Assembly (NCBI GenBank): GCA_026387835.1 | Contig: JAPLKZ010000010.1 | Coordinates: forward strand, 236,379 to 268,378 | Source: Candidatus Saganbacteria bacterium | Lineage (GTDB): Bacteria; Margulisbacteria; WOR-1; JAKLHX01 | Length of the DNA: 32,000 nt | Reading direction: 5' to 3' | Part shown: piece by piece, positions 1 through 7,452 of the stretch | Layout: the number at the start of each line of letters is the position of its first letter | How positions within the stretch are numbered: the first letter of the stretch is position 1 | Program-made: the position numbers and the translations under genes | Notes under the pieces: generated by a model | Databases searched by the model: none | Told to the model about the DNA's origin: nothing | What the model saw: the letters and a program-made list of their open reading frames with translations, nothing else

Positions 1-434
1 CCCATCGCATCAGACCCGTAGATGGATGAGATCGGCTCCGCGACTACCTCGATCCTGTCTATGTACGAGGCCGGAATATCGTTCAGGTCGGTCATGCCGA
101 GAAGCGAGGAATTCAACCTGACGCCGTCAAGAAGCACTAGGATCTGTTCCGACGAAGCGCTTTTCAGTTTGATCGTGGATACTCCTCCCAGGCCTCCGTT
201 GTTCTTTACATATACTATGCTGGACCTTTTGAGCGCGTCGGAAACTGTAAGCGAGCCCGAGGCTTCGATCTCCCTTGAAGAGATGACCGTCACATTCTCG
301 AACGTCCTGCTCAAAAGAAGAGGCCTTTTCTGAGCGGTCACAACGACCTTGTCTCCGTAAAATACAGGGGCATCGGCTGCGAGGACCGGGGCAAAAAACA
401 GAGGCAGGAACAATAAGCAGATCGCCTTTTTCAT
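1..434 (-). CDS. btuB: TonB-dependent outer-membrane receptor, N-terminal part (BtuB-like); gene continues past the window start
   Basis: Minus-strand frame that is open to the window edge, so it is absent from the ORF track. ATG at 434-432 has AAGGAGTG 6 nt upstream. The translation MKKAICLLFLPLFFAPVLAADAPVFYGDKVVVTAQKRP... shows a signal peptide, a TonB-box-like DKVVVTA, and plug-domain motifs (LLDGVRLN, IDRIEVVAEPISSIYGSDAM). It lies directly downstream of a cobalamin riboswitch. Confidence 0.8.
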   Translation of the reverse strand, partial: MKKAICLLFLPLFFAPVLAADAPVFYGDKVVVTAQKRPLLLSRTFENVTVISSREIEASGSLTVSDALKRSSIVYVKNNGGLGGVSTIKLKSASSEQILVLLDGVRLNSSLLGMTDLNDIPASYIDRIEVVAEPISSIYGSDAM

Positions 435-440
435 CTTACA

Positions 441-630
441 CTCCTTTTTCCCATTCCGCGAGGATGGGAGTGCTAATACTATACAGGCAAGGTCTTCTGA
501 CTTACGGATCGTCCTCCCCTGCTCCTTCCCGTCCTGGACTTTTCGATGGACAGTGGTATCAGCAGGTTCGTCCCCGTATACAGCGCCGGGAGCGTTCGTG
601 ATTCAAACACGATTCCCTTTTCCTGTACGC
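441..630 (-). promoter_or_regulatory. Cobalamin (AdoCbl) riboswitch with an SD-sequestering expression platform
   Basis: The minus strand reads TACAGGAAAAGGGAATCGTG..GAATCACGAA..GCGCTGTATACGGGGACGAA..ATACCACTGTCC..GGGAAGG..GTAAGTCAGAAGACCTTGCCTGTA. This contains a P1 helix (TACAGG/CCTGTA), the AGGGAA element, a B12-box-like CCACTG, and GTCAGAAGACCTTGCC (consensus-like, one extra T). Downstream, CACTCC (about 470) is complementary to the GGAGTG of the btuB SD (about 441-446). Confidence 0.8.
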
Positions 631-636
631 AAAAAG

Positions 637-645
637 ATTGTAGCA
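637..645 (-). promoter_or_regulatory. Extended -10 promoter element (TGCTACAAT) for the riboswitch-btuB transcript
   Basis: Minus strand reads TGCTACAAT about 7-10 nt upstream of the riboswitch P1 helix. It has the same TGn-hexamer form as other promoters in the window. Confidence 0.45.
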
Positions 646-663
646 CGGGAGGCTCAAATGATG

Positions 664-1338
664 TCAAGAGGTTGCACCTGCTATCACGATCGTAATTTCT
701 CCGAGTATTTCTTTGCTTGAAAAATGCTCCGTTGCCTCTTCAACCGTTCCCCTGAATATTTCCTCAAATTTTTTGGTAAGTTCTCTGGCAATGCAGATAT
801 TTCTGTCCCCCAAAATATCCTTGATGTCTTTAAGTGTTTTCAAAAGCCTGTGCGGGGATTCGTAAATAATTACCGTTCTTTCTTCATCGACCAGTTTTCG
901 TAATATTCTTCTCCTGCCTTTTCCCTCGCTCGGGAGGAACCCTTCAAAAACGAACCTTTTTGTGCTCAGCCCTGACCCAGCCAGCGCGTTGATGATAGCG
1001 GACGGGCCCGGGATGACAACGACCTGGATATTGTTATCTATAGCTTCCTTTATAAGCTCTTCTCCTGGGTCGGATATCCCGGGCATGCCCGCATCGCTGA
1101 CCAGTGCAACATTCTTCCCGTCAAGAAGCTGGCCGATCAAATATTTGGATTTTTCTTTTATGTTGAACTTGTGATATGAGGTCGTCTTTGTCCTGATCTC
1201 AAAATGTTCAAGGAGCTTTTTTGTCTGTCTTGTGTCCTCCGCCGCGATCAGGTCTGCTTCTTTGAGCGTCCTTATCAGGCGGAGTGATGAGTCCTCAAGG
1301 TTGCCGATAGGAGTGGCGCAGACAAAGAGCGATGCCAT
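664..1338 (-). CDS. rsmI: 16S rRNA (cytidine1402-2'-O)-methyltransferase RsmI (tetrapyrrole-methylase fold)
   Basis: 224 aa. The N-terminus LFVCATPIGNLEDSSLRLIRTLKEADLIAAEDTRQTKKLL, the SDAGMPGISDPG motif and IPGPSA..AL..SGL are typical of RsmI. Confidence 0.9.
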   Translation of the reverse strand: MASLFVCATPIGNLEDSSLRLIRTLKEADLIAAEDTRQTKKLLEHFEIRTKTTSYHKFNIKEKSKYLIGQLLDGKNVALVSDAGMPGISDPGEELIKEAIDNNIQVVVIPGPSAIINALAGSGLSTKRFVFEGFLPSEGKGRRRILRKLVDEERTVIIYESPHRLLKTLKDIKDILGDRNICIARELTKKFEEIFRGTVEEATEHFSSKEILGEITIVIAGATS

Positions 1339-1341
1339 TTT

Positions 1342-1767
1342 TTAAAGGCCTATGATCTCTTTGACCTTATCCGAGAACGTGTCTTCCTTTATTTCTTCGC
1401 CGGCAAATTCTTTCACTTCTCCCATCGTCACTTTACCCCTGTACGAAGCGCCCTCGTCGACCGAGAGCCGGTTGCCGGATATATCCCCGAATATTTTGCC
1501 GTTCTTTTTTATCTCGACGCTTTCCTTGGAAGCGACATTGCCTTTTACCTGGCCTGCCACTATTACGTTCTTTCCTTCGACGTTCCCATGGACGGTCCCC
1601 TTCGCCGAAATATAGACCTCGGCGGCACTATTCACATTTCCTTCCAGCGTCCCGTCCAGCCTGAACGAGCCGGTAGTCTTGATCTCGCCTTTTACTGTTG
1701 TGTCTTCCCCGATTATCGAACCTATCATCCCTTGTCCTGCTCCCTGCTTTGCGTCAAACATGCCCAT
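1342..1767 (-). CDS. Bactofilin (polymer-forming cytoskeletal protein, DUF583/CcmA family)
   Basis: 141 aa. Repetitive beta-helix pattern (IIGEDTTVKGEIKTTGSFRLDGTLEGNV...VHGNVEGKNVIVAGQVKGNV...IFGDISGNRLSVDEGASYRGKV) characteristic of bactofilins. Confidence 0.85.
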   Translation of the reverse strand: MGMFDAKQGAGQGMIGSIIGEDTTVKGEIKTTGSFRLDGTLEGNVNSAAEVYISAKGTVHGNVEGKNVIVAGQVKGNVASKESVEIKKNGKIFGDISGNRLSVDEGASYRGKVTMGEVKEFAGEEIKEDTFSDKVKEIIGL

Positions 1768-1770
1768 TTT

Positions 1771-2649
1771 TCACCTTCCAATATTCGCGTTTATAATGCT
1801 TAAGTTAAGATATGCTATGGGGTTAATTTTAGCACCGTTCCTTATTACTTCATAGTGCAGATGCGGACCGGTGGCAGATCCCGTCATCCCGACATATGCG
1901 ATCTTCTGGCCTTTTTTTACCTTTTGCCCGTCTGTAACTATAAAAGATGACAGGTGCCCGTATAAAGTCTCGATCCCGAAATGGTGATCTATCACAACGG
2001 TTCTGCCGTATCCAGACCTCCATCCCGCATAGCTCACGACACCATCAGCAGAGGACCTTACTGCATCACCGTAGTGCGCATCAATATCGACACCGCTGTG
2101 AAAACTGGGCCAGGGAAATACTCTGTAGCCGAATTTTGAGACTATTTTCCCGTATGCCGGCCATATCGAAGGCGTGTTCGCAAATCTTTTTCTGAATTCA
2201 GTGATCAGCGATTCAAGCTCTTTTATATTATTGCTGCTTTCTTTCACGTTCTTTTCCAGAAAATTTAGTTTATGGCCGATATCTCTATTGACAGCGTTTT
2301 CATCCTTTATCAGGCTTATCTTGCTTGGCCGCTCCTGCAGGCCCAGTAATTTCCTGATCTGGTTTTGTTTTTCGTCAATTTCGCGCAATGAAAGGGCCAG
2401 GTCATCCGTTTTTTTTGAGTATTTATCGACCTCTTTGCTTTGTCCCGCTGCTTTGGATTTAAAGTCTTCATAAGAGACGATCTTTCTGGTCACATGTGAG
2501 GAATAGACCAGTGAAGAAACAAGTACGACGACAGAAGTAACAAACACGAACATTACAACATGCACCAGCCAGCGCGGAACTTTAAGCGATATCGTAGGCT
2601 TGTTAGATGAATGCGGGATAAGTATAAAAGTAAAATATTCTTTTTGCAT
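1771..2649 (-). CDS. Membrane-anchored M23 (LytM-domain) metallopeptidase with a coiled-coil linker
   Basis: 292 aa. N-terminal TM helix (VVMFVFVTSVVVLVSSLVY), a charged coiled-coil stretch, then M23 motifs: HSGVDIDAHYGDAV, GYGRTVVIDH, GHLSS, TGSATGPHLHYEV. Confidence 0.85.
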   Translation of the reverse strand: MQKEYFTFILIPHSSNKPTISLKVPRWLVHVVMFVFVTSVVVLVSSLVYSSHVTRKIVSYEDFKSKAAGQSKEVDKYSKKTDDLALSLREIDEKQNQIRKLLGLQERPSKISLIKDENAVNRDIGHKLNFLEKNVKESSNNIKELESLITEFRKRFANTPSIWPAYGKIVSKFGYRVFPWPSFHSGVDIDAHYGDAVRSSADGVVSYAGWRSGYGRTVVIDHHFGIETLYGHLSSFIVTDGQKVKKGQKIAYVGMTGSATGPHLHYEVIRNGAKINPIAYLNLSIINANIGR

Positions 2650-2857
2650 TTTTTAAGGGTTTTTATTTTGGGCTTTTGCTTGGTGCTTGCTCCCAAAAAA
2701 TGAGTTCAAAAATAGGGCCGGTCTGTTTTTGTGTATGTATATTATACCATTTTCAGGTGGTCTATTACAATTTCGGCACCTCGAAATATGGGTGAAATTT
2801 CACAAAAAACCTGTCGAGATAGATATGTCAGGAAAAACATTACAGGAGGTACTTAAT

Positions 2858-4651
2858 ATGCCGGTAAGAACAGGCCATGTCCAAAGCATCGGAATTTCAT
2901 ATGGGTCATTTCGTGAGACAATAAAAGGTTCGTTTGATAGCGGGACCGTAAACTCGATAAGAGAATCTTTAAGCTTATTGTCCGGAAGGCTTGGGGCATA
3001 CCCATTGGGCGACGAACATTTCACGGCTGTCGCCTCTTCACCGTCTTATAATGTTCATTCTCATTGCGCCGTTGAGATGGTTAAAACCTTGGGTCTTGTC
3101 TCTCCGAGAACAGACGCAGGTCCTTTATCTAACCTCGCAAGCCATAATATCTACTCAATAATGGCCGCCGGACTGATACAACGCGACAGAGGGTTAGTAG
3201 CCGGTGATAAACCCTTTTGCGAGCAGCTTGAAGGGGTTTTAAATATGATCGAACTGCTGAAAGGCCCTAGTTCAGATGCCCCGGAATTTAAAAAAGCAAA
3301 AGGCGGCGTGTTCGCTCACTCCATAGACAGATTCATCAAGGTTTCCGGCAACAGCATGTCATTTGATTCGCCCACAATGGTCGGCCTTGATACGATGCTG
3401 AAGATAGCAATGGCAAACGGCTTCTGCATACCTGCCTGCAATGTCAACAATATGGAAATGCTCGAGGCAGGGGTCGTTGCGGCTGCTTTGACAAGATCGC
3501 CGATAATATTTGAATGGTCTCCCGGATCTTTCAAGTATAACGGCGGCGCCGTCGTCCCCAGTTTTATCACACGGCTTGAGCCTCTAAAAGCGATCGTAGC
3601 CGGACTCGGTTTCCCGTACGCTTGCCACCTTGACCACGGGACATGGGATGCGGTAATAGAAGCTCTTAACGCGGGATTTACTTCAGTAATGTATGATCCT
3701 TCCGAAACCGGTAAAAAGAAGGTCTCATACCAGGACAACCTCCGCCTCTCTACAGAAATGGCAAAAATGGCGCACGCTAAAGGTGTCGCCATCGAATTGG
3801 AGCTTGGAGGAAAAGAAGGGTCGTTCGGCGATCTTTCGGCCATGGCATCCGCGGAAAGACTGGGATACATGACCGATCCGGAACAGGCAGTCGACTTTGT
3901 CGGAAAAACGGGAGCTGATGTCCTTGCGATCTCAATAGGAAATTCACATGGCGCGCAAAAGTTCGCGGGAAAAGCGTTCATTGATATTGAACATGTATGC
4001 AGGATCAGAGAAAAGCTTGACGCGGCCGGATTCAAGCATGTTCCGCTGGTTTTCCACGGCGGGTCTGACAGATCACCTTTCGCGGATGAAATAGCGCGGC
4101 TGATCGGAAAACCCTACGATAAGAACCCGTCCGGCACGCCGATAGAATTTCAGGTGCGCGCCGTGAAAGAAGGAAGGGTCGCAAAACTAAATCTTGATAC
4201 GATATTCAGGCTTGCGCAGGCCGAAGGTGTCCTTGCCATGAGGCAGGTGATGGACTCGTATATCCTCAAGAAAGGCACTGATGATTTCAGGGCACATATC
4301 GGTGTTCCCTGGAGGGTCACGCTTGTTAACGAGTTCATGAGGAAACTGGTAGAGCTCGGGGCAGCCGGACAGGCAATGACGGTCCTGCGTCAGGTCTGCC
4401 TTGAAAAAGCAACGACAGAAGTTGCCAAAGTGCTCACAAAACAGAAGGCTTCCGTACTAGAAACATCGACTGCCGCGGGACTTGGAGCTGATCCTTTAGA
4501 CATTACCAGACTTGCGGTAAAACTCGAGCTACGAGACGATCAGATAGCTGGCGCACAAACTGTCGGAAATATAGCAAATGTCATGGCCGCAAAGCTTGCA
4601 GGCTCGGAACAAGAAGGTCAGGAAAGTAAAGCGGGAAAAGATCTGGAATAA
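2858..4651 (+). CDS. Class II (metal-dependent) fructose/ketose-bisphosphate aldolase family protein, atypically long form
   Basis: Central region carries class II aldolase motifs: IPACNVNN, ACHLDHGT, VMYDPS, IELELGG, ISIGNSHG, LVFHGGS. The preferred start is ATG 2858, with AGGAGGT 7 nt upstream. The ORF track's TTG 2687 and the ATG at 2825 lack an SD. About 174 aa N-terminal and 85 aa C-terminal of the aldolase core match nothing I recognise. Confidence 0.7.
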   Translation: MPVRTGHVQSIGISYGSFRETIKGSFDSGTVNSIRESLSLLSGRLGAYPLGDEHFTAVASSPSYNVHSHCAVEMVKTLGLVSPRTDAGPLSNLASHNIYSIMAAGLIQRDRGLVAGDKPFCEQLEGVLNMIELLKGPSSDAPEFKKAKGGVFAHSIDRFIKVSGNSMSFDSPTMVGLDTMLKIAMANGFCIPACNVNNMEMLEAGVVAAALTRSPIIFEWSPGSFKYNGGAVVPSFITRLEPLKAIVAGLGFPYACHLDHGTWDAVIEALNAGFTSVMYDPSETGKKKVSYQDNLRLSTEMAKMAHAKGVAIELELGGKEGSFGDLSAMASAERLGYMTDPEQAVDFVGKTGADVLAISIGNSHGAQKFAGKAFIDIEHVCRIREKLDAAGFKHVPLVFHGGSDRSPFADEIARLIGKPYDKNPSGTPIEFQVRAVKEGRVAKLNLDTIFRLAQAEGVLAMRQVMDSYILKKGTDDFRAHIGVPWRVTLVNEFMRKLVELGAAGQAMTVLRQVCLEKATTEVAKVLTKQKASVLETSTAAGLGADPLDITRLAVKLELRDDQIAGAQTVGNIANVMAAKLAGSEQEGQESKAGKDLE

Positions 4652-4668
4652 TAAGCTTGCTTAAAAAA

Positions 4669-4757
4669 TCGGGACGGCGGGATTTTCCGCCAAAGGCGGA
4701 CCCGCCTCCGGCGGGGAACCCACGACCTCCCCGATCCGATCGGGGCGCGCTACCAAG
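4669..4757 (-). pseudogene. Degenerate tRNA-like relic: 5'-truncated tRNA-Pro(CGG)-like with an insertion in the T-loop
   Basis: Minus strand reads AGCTTGGTAGCGCG-CCCCG-ATCGGAT-CGGGG-AGGTC-GTGGG-TTC[about 30 nt of GC-rich hairpins]AAAT-CCCGC-CGTCCCG-A. The D-loop, anticodon arm (CGG), variable loop and T-stem pair correctly. The 13 nt that should form the 5' acceptor and D-stem strand (TTTTGATATTCAT) do not pair. Confidence 0.4.
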
Positions 4758-4772
4758 CTATGAATATCAAAA

Positions 4773-4846
4773 TCGGGGTGGTGGGATTTGAACCCACGGC
4801 CTCACGGTCCCGAACCGTGCACGCTACCAAGCTGCGCTACACCCCG
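4773..4846 (-). tRNA. tRNA-Pro (anticodon CGG)
   Basis: Minus strand reads CGGGGTG-TA-GCGC-AGCTTGGTA-GCGT-G-CACGG-TTCGGGA-CCGTG-AGGCC-GTGGG-TTCAAAT-CCCAC-CACCCCG-A. It folds as a full cloverleaf. No CCA is encoded. Confidence 0.92.
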
Positions 4847-4892
4847 TTTCGACTAATGACCGATAACTAACAACTGATAACAGCTGAATTTC

Positions 4893-6122
4893 TTATTTAG
4901 ACAGTTCGAACGCTTCGTGAAGGACTTGTACCGCCTTTTTCGCCAGTTTCTCGTCGACCACGCACGATATCCTGATCTCCGAAGTGCTTATCATCTGGAT
5001 ATTAATGTCGTTTTTCGCAAGAGATTCGAACATCTTCGCCGCGACACCGGGAGCTCCAACCATTCCAATCCCGACCAGGGATATTTTGGCAACGCTGTCA
5101 TCGGACACTACTTCTTTCGCGCCTATCTTTTTCGCCACGCCGTTTACGACTTCGAGGGCTTTCTTGAGGTCGCTGTGCGCGACAGTAAAGGCCATGTCGG
5201 CCACATTACCGCCGTGGATGCTCTGTATTATCATGTCGACGCTGATGTTGCTTTCTGCGAGAGCGGTAAATATTTTTGAAGCGATACCCGGCTTGTCAGG
5301 CACCTGAAGCACGCCGATCTTTGCCACATTTTCATCATGGGCGACTCCTGTTACCAGTCCTCTTTTCTCCATTTCTTTGACCTCCTTAGGTGACAGCGTT
5401 GTTATCATCGTTCCTTCGTTCTCGTTCAGGCTTGAGCGGACATGAATATTTATGCCGTAGATCTTTCCGCACTCGACAGACCTGGGATGCATCACCCCTG
5501 CACCTGCTGAAGCAAGCTCCAGTATCTCTTCATGGGCTATCCTGTCAAGCTTTTTCGCATCGGGCACGATCCTCGGGTCCGCAGTATAGATCCCATCAAC
5601 ATCAGTGTAAATCTCGCAGACATCCGCTTTTAACGCGGCAGCTATTACGACCGCAGACGTGTCGGAACCTCCCCTGCCGATCGTCGTAATGTCGCCTTTG
5701 CTATCCACGCCCTGGAAACCTGTGACAACAACAATTTTCCCTTCCGCGATCTCTTTTTTAAGCCTCTGGAATTTTACGTCCTTGATCCTGGCTTTTGACG
5801 GGATATCTTCAGTAATGACACCGGCCTGTCCGCCTGTAAGCGATATTGCCTTTTCTCCTAATTCTATTATCGCCGATGCGAGCAGGGCAGCGGACACCTG
5901 TTCTCCAGTTGAAATGAGCATGTCATACTCTCTCGGATCAGGGTCGCTTGTGATTTGTTTTAAAAGCGATATCAACTCGTCTGTCGTATGTCCCATCGCA
6001 GAAACGATGACTACTACATCATTGCCGGCTTTTTTTGTCTTGACGACCCGCTTGGCAACATTCTTTATCTTTTCGGCGGACCCTACTGAAGTTCCGCCGT
6101 ATTTTTGGACAACAATTGGCAT
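4893..6122 (-). CDS. lysC: Aspartate kinase (monofunctional, with C-terminal ACT domains)
   Basis: 409 aa. Motifs VQKYGGTSVG, VVVVSAMG.TTD, GRGGSDTSAV and tandem ACT-like repeats at the C-terminus. SD AAAGGTG lies upstream. Confidence 0.93.
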   Translation of the reverse strand: MPIVVQKYGGTSVGSAEKIKNVAKRVVKTKKAGNDVVVIVSAMGHTTDELISLLKQITSDPDPREYDMLISTGEQVSAALLASAIIELGEKAISLTGGQAGVITEDIPSKARIKDVKFQRLKKEIAEGKIVVVTGFQGVDSKGDITTIGRGGSDTSAVVIAAALKADVCEIYTDVDGIYTADPRIVPDAKKLDRIAHEEILELASAGAGVMHPRSVECGKIYGINIHVRSSLNENEGTMITTLSPKEVKEMEKRGLVTGVAHDENVAKIGVLQVPDKPGIASKIFTALAESNISVDMIIQSIHGGNVADMAFTVAHSDLKKALEVVNGVAKKIGAKEVVSDDSVAKISLVGIGMVGAPGVAAKMFESLAKNDINIQMISTSEIRISCVVDEKLAKKAVQVLHEAFELSK

Positions 6123-6141
6123 AGAAACACCTTTCTAATAG

Positions 6142-6150
6142 ATTATAACA
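6142..6150 (-). promoter_or_regulatory. Extended -10 promoter element (TGTTATAAT) upstream of lysC
   Basis: Minus strand reads AAAAAATGTTATAATCTATTAGAAAGGTGTTTCTATG. TGnTATAAT lies about 20 nt upstream of the lysC ATG. Confidence 0.5.
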
Positions 6151-6224
6151 TTTTTTAAGCGGCGGCCTTTATCCTTCCCTCTCCCTGAAGGAGAAAGTTG
6201 GTGTGAGGGTAAAGAAAAATGCAG

Positions 6225-6791
6225 TTATCTCAAATCCTCGATAAGCCGGACCGTGTATTCGTCGCCTCGATCCCCCGGAGGGAAACTGCGGCGGCCAGTT
6301 ACTCCAAGTTGACAAAGATAAAAATAATTGCCGAAATAAATACTTGTTGTCCATTCCCAATTTCTTCCGGATAGTTTGCATTTGACTTTTGTAACAGCAT
6401 CGAACCATTCTTCACTGGTCGGGACCCTAAATCTTCTCCCTGTAATCTCGCTTAACCATTTAGAATATGCCCGGCCGTCATTCAGGCTTAAATGTCCCGC
6501 CATTTCTCTTTGACTTGCCCTGGCAAGAATATCCTGTAAAAGTCCCGCGTTATTGCCAATAATTTCGTATTGTGCGCTTCTAACAAATTGTTTGAGCTGA
6601 TCTGTTGTGAGCTCGTCTTTCATCATTCTAAAAGGCATTCCGGGAACTTTTGTGAACCGATGGCTTTCTATGAACTTTCTGAAGTTTACACCATGAGCCC
6701 ACTTTCGGCTGATAGGTTGGTCTGGCCGCGACAATCCCAGCATGCTACTTCTTGTCCGGACTTCCGCAGCGCTTCCGATTTTCATCATCAT
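6225..6791 (-). CDS. Small FGE-sulfatase/SUMF1-like domain protein (paralog 1)
   Basis: 188 aa, no signal peptide. KVPGMPFRMMKDELTTDQLKQFV, SLNDGRAYSKWLSEITGRRFRVPTSEEW, NWEWT and a C-terminal VRLIE follow the order of FGE-sulfatase (PF03781-type) motifs. SD AAAGGAG precedes three consecutive ATGs. Confidence 0.6.
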   Translation of the reverse strand: MMMKIGSAAEVRTRSSMLGLSRPDQPISRKWAHGVNFRKFIESHRFTKVPGMPFRMMKDELTTDQLKQFVRSAQYEIIGNNAGLLQDILARASQREMAGHLSLNDGRAYSKWLSEITGRRFRVPTSEEWFDAVTKVKCKLSGRNWEWTTSIYFGNYFYLCQLGVTGRRSFPPGDRGDEYTVRLIEDLR

Positions 6792-6888
6792 TTTTCTCCT
6801 TTCGATATTTTTGCCCAGTCCTCATCCGATTAAACTAGGGTGGCATTTTCATCCGAATACATATCGAACAGAAATATGGGGAATTTCA

Positions 6889-7452
6889 TTATTTAACTTC
6901 TTCGATAAGTCGGACCGAGTAGGGGTTGTAGCGGACTTCTTCATGGTGGTTGCCGCGGTTTTCGTAGCCTCGGCAGCGAATAAAGAAGTAGTTTCCTATA
7001 AAAGGAGTGTCCGTCCACTCCCAATTGTCTCCGGATAGTTTATCTCTGACTCGCATCGTGGCATCTGACCATTCTTGTTCGGTCGGGACCCTAAATCTTC
7101 TTTCGGTCATTTTGCTTAACCATTCAGCATATGCCCTGCCGTCATTCAGGCTCAAAAATGTTGCTGTTCTGTTTTGTTCTGCTGCGTCAAGAACTTTTTT
7201 TAAAGCTCCAGCGTTATGGCCTGTAATTTCGCATCCTGAGATATCGACGAATGCTTTAAATTGCAAGATGGTGAGCTCGCTTTTCATTATTCTAAAAAGC
7301 ATTCCGGGGACATCAATGAAATTGTGGCCTTCCATGAACTTTTGAATGTCTATACCAGGGGGCACCGTTCGGCCGACAGGTTGGCCAGGCCGCGACAACA
7401 TCAGCCTGCCTACTGTCATTACTTGACCTGCGATCCTCCTGATTATTGCCAT
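6889..7452 (-). CDS. Small FGE-sulfatase/SUMF1-like domain protein (paralog 2)
   Basis: 187 aa. By eye, roughly half of positions are identical to the 6225-6791 product (DVPGMLFRIMKSELT, SLNDGRAYAEWLSKMTERRFRVPTEQEW, NWEWTDT, VRLIE). SD AAAGGTG is 7 nt from the ATG. Confidence 0.6.
   Translation of the reverse strand: MAIIRRIAGQVMTVGRLMLSRPGQPVGRTVPPGIDIQKFMEGHNFIDVPGMLFRIMKSELTILQFKAFVDISGCEITGHNAGALKKVLDAAEQNRTATFLSLNDGRAYAEWLSKMTERRFRVPTEQEWSDATMRVRDKLSGDNWEWTDTPFIGNYFFIRCRGYENRGNHHEEVRYNPYSVRLIEEVK

Noticed and set aside
22-333. 103-aa plus-strand ORF at the left edge
   Set aside because: It is antisense to a much better-supported TonB-dependent receptor frame with signal peptide, TonB box and plug motifs. 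Its own sequence has no recognisable features.
479-667. 62-aa minus-strand ORF
   Set aside because: It lies entirely within the cobalamin riboswitch and its promoter. It has no SD, and the region is better explained as structured RNA.
2687-2857. TTG start at 2687 extending the aldolase ORF by 57 codons
   Set aside because: The extension (MLPKNEFKNRAGLFLCMYIIPFSGG...) covers an AT-rich promoter-like region and a perfect palindrome and has no SD. ATG 2858 has an AGGAGGT site at ideal spacing.
3316-4035. 239-aa minus-strand ORF inside the aldolase gene
   Set aside because: It is antisense to the frame carrying the HLDH, GNSHG and HGGS aldolase motifs, and no motif or RBS supports it.
4660-4900. 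tRNA-Pro locus as an integration site of a genomic island
   Set aside because: The tRNA-like relic is only 13 nt from the intact tRNA. No integrase, direct-repeat-bounded insert or foreign-looking genes lie on either side.
5659-6138. 159-aa plus-strand ORF, with other plus-strand ORFs at 4917-5689
   Set aside because: They are antisense to lysC (aspartate kinase), which is well supported.
6123-6224. Possible lysine riboswitch (L-box) upstream of lysC
   Set aside because: Only about 100 nt are available, and they contain a promoter (TGTTATAAT) and an SD. That is too short for an L-box of about 180 nt, and none of its conserved helices are evident.
6169-6408. 79-aa minus-strand ORF
   Set aside because: It overlaps the 3' end of FGE-like paralog 1 out of frame and runs into the lysC promoter region. 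It has no RBS or motif.
6865-6878. Second Cheo-like box (CGAACAGAAATATG) upstream of FGE-like paralog 1
   Set aside because: The right half-site is degenerate (ATATG versus GTTYC). The similarity is more likely residue of the duplicated upstream region than a functional LexA site.
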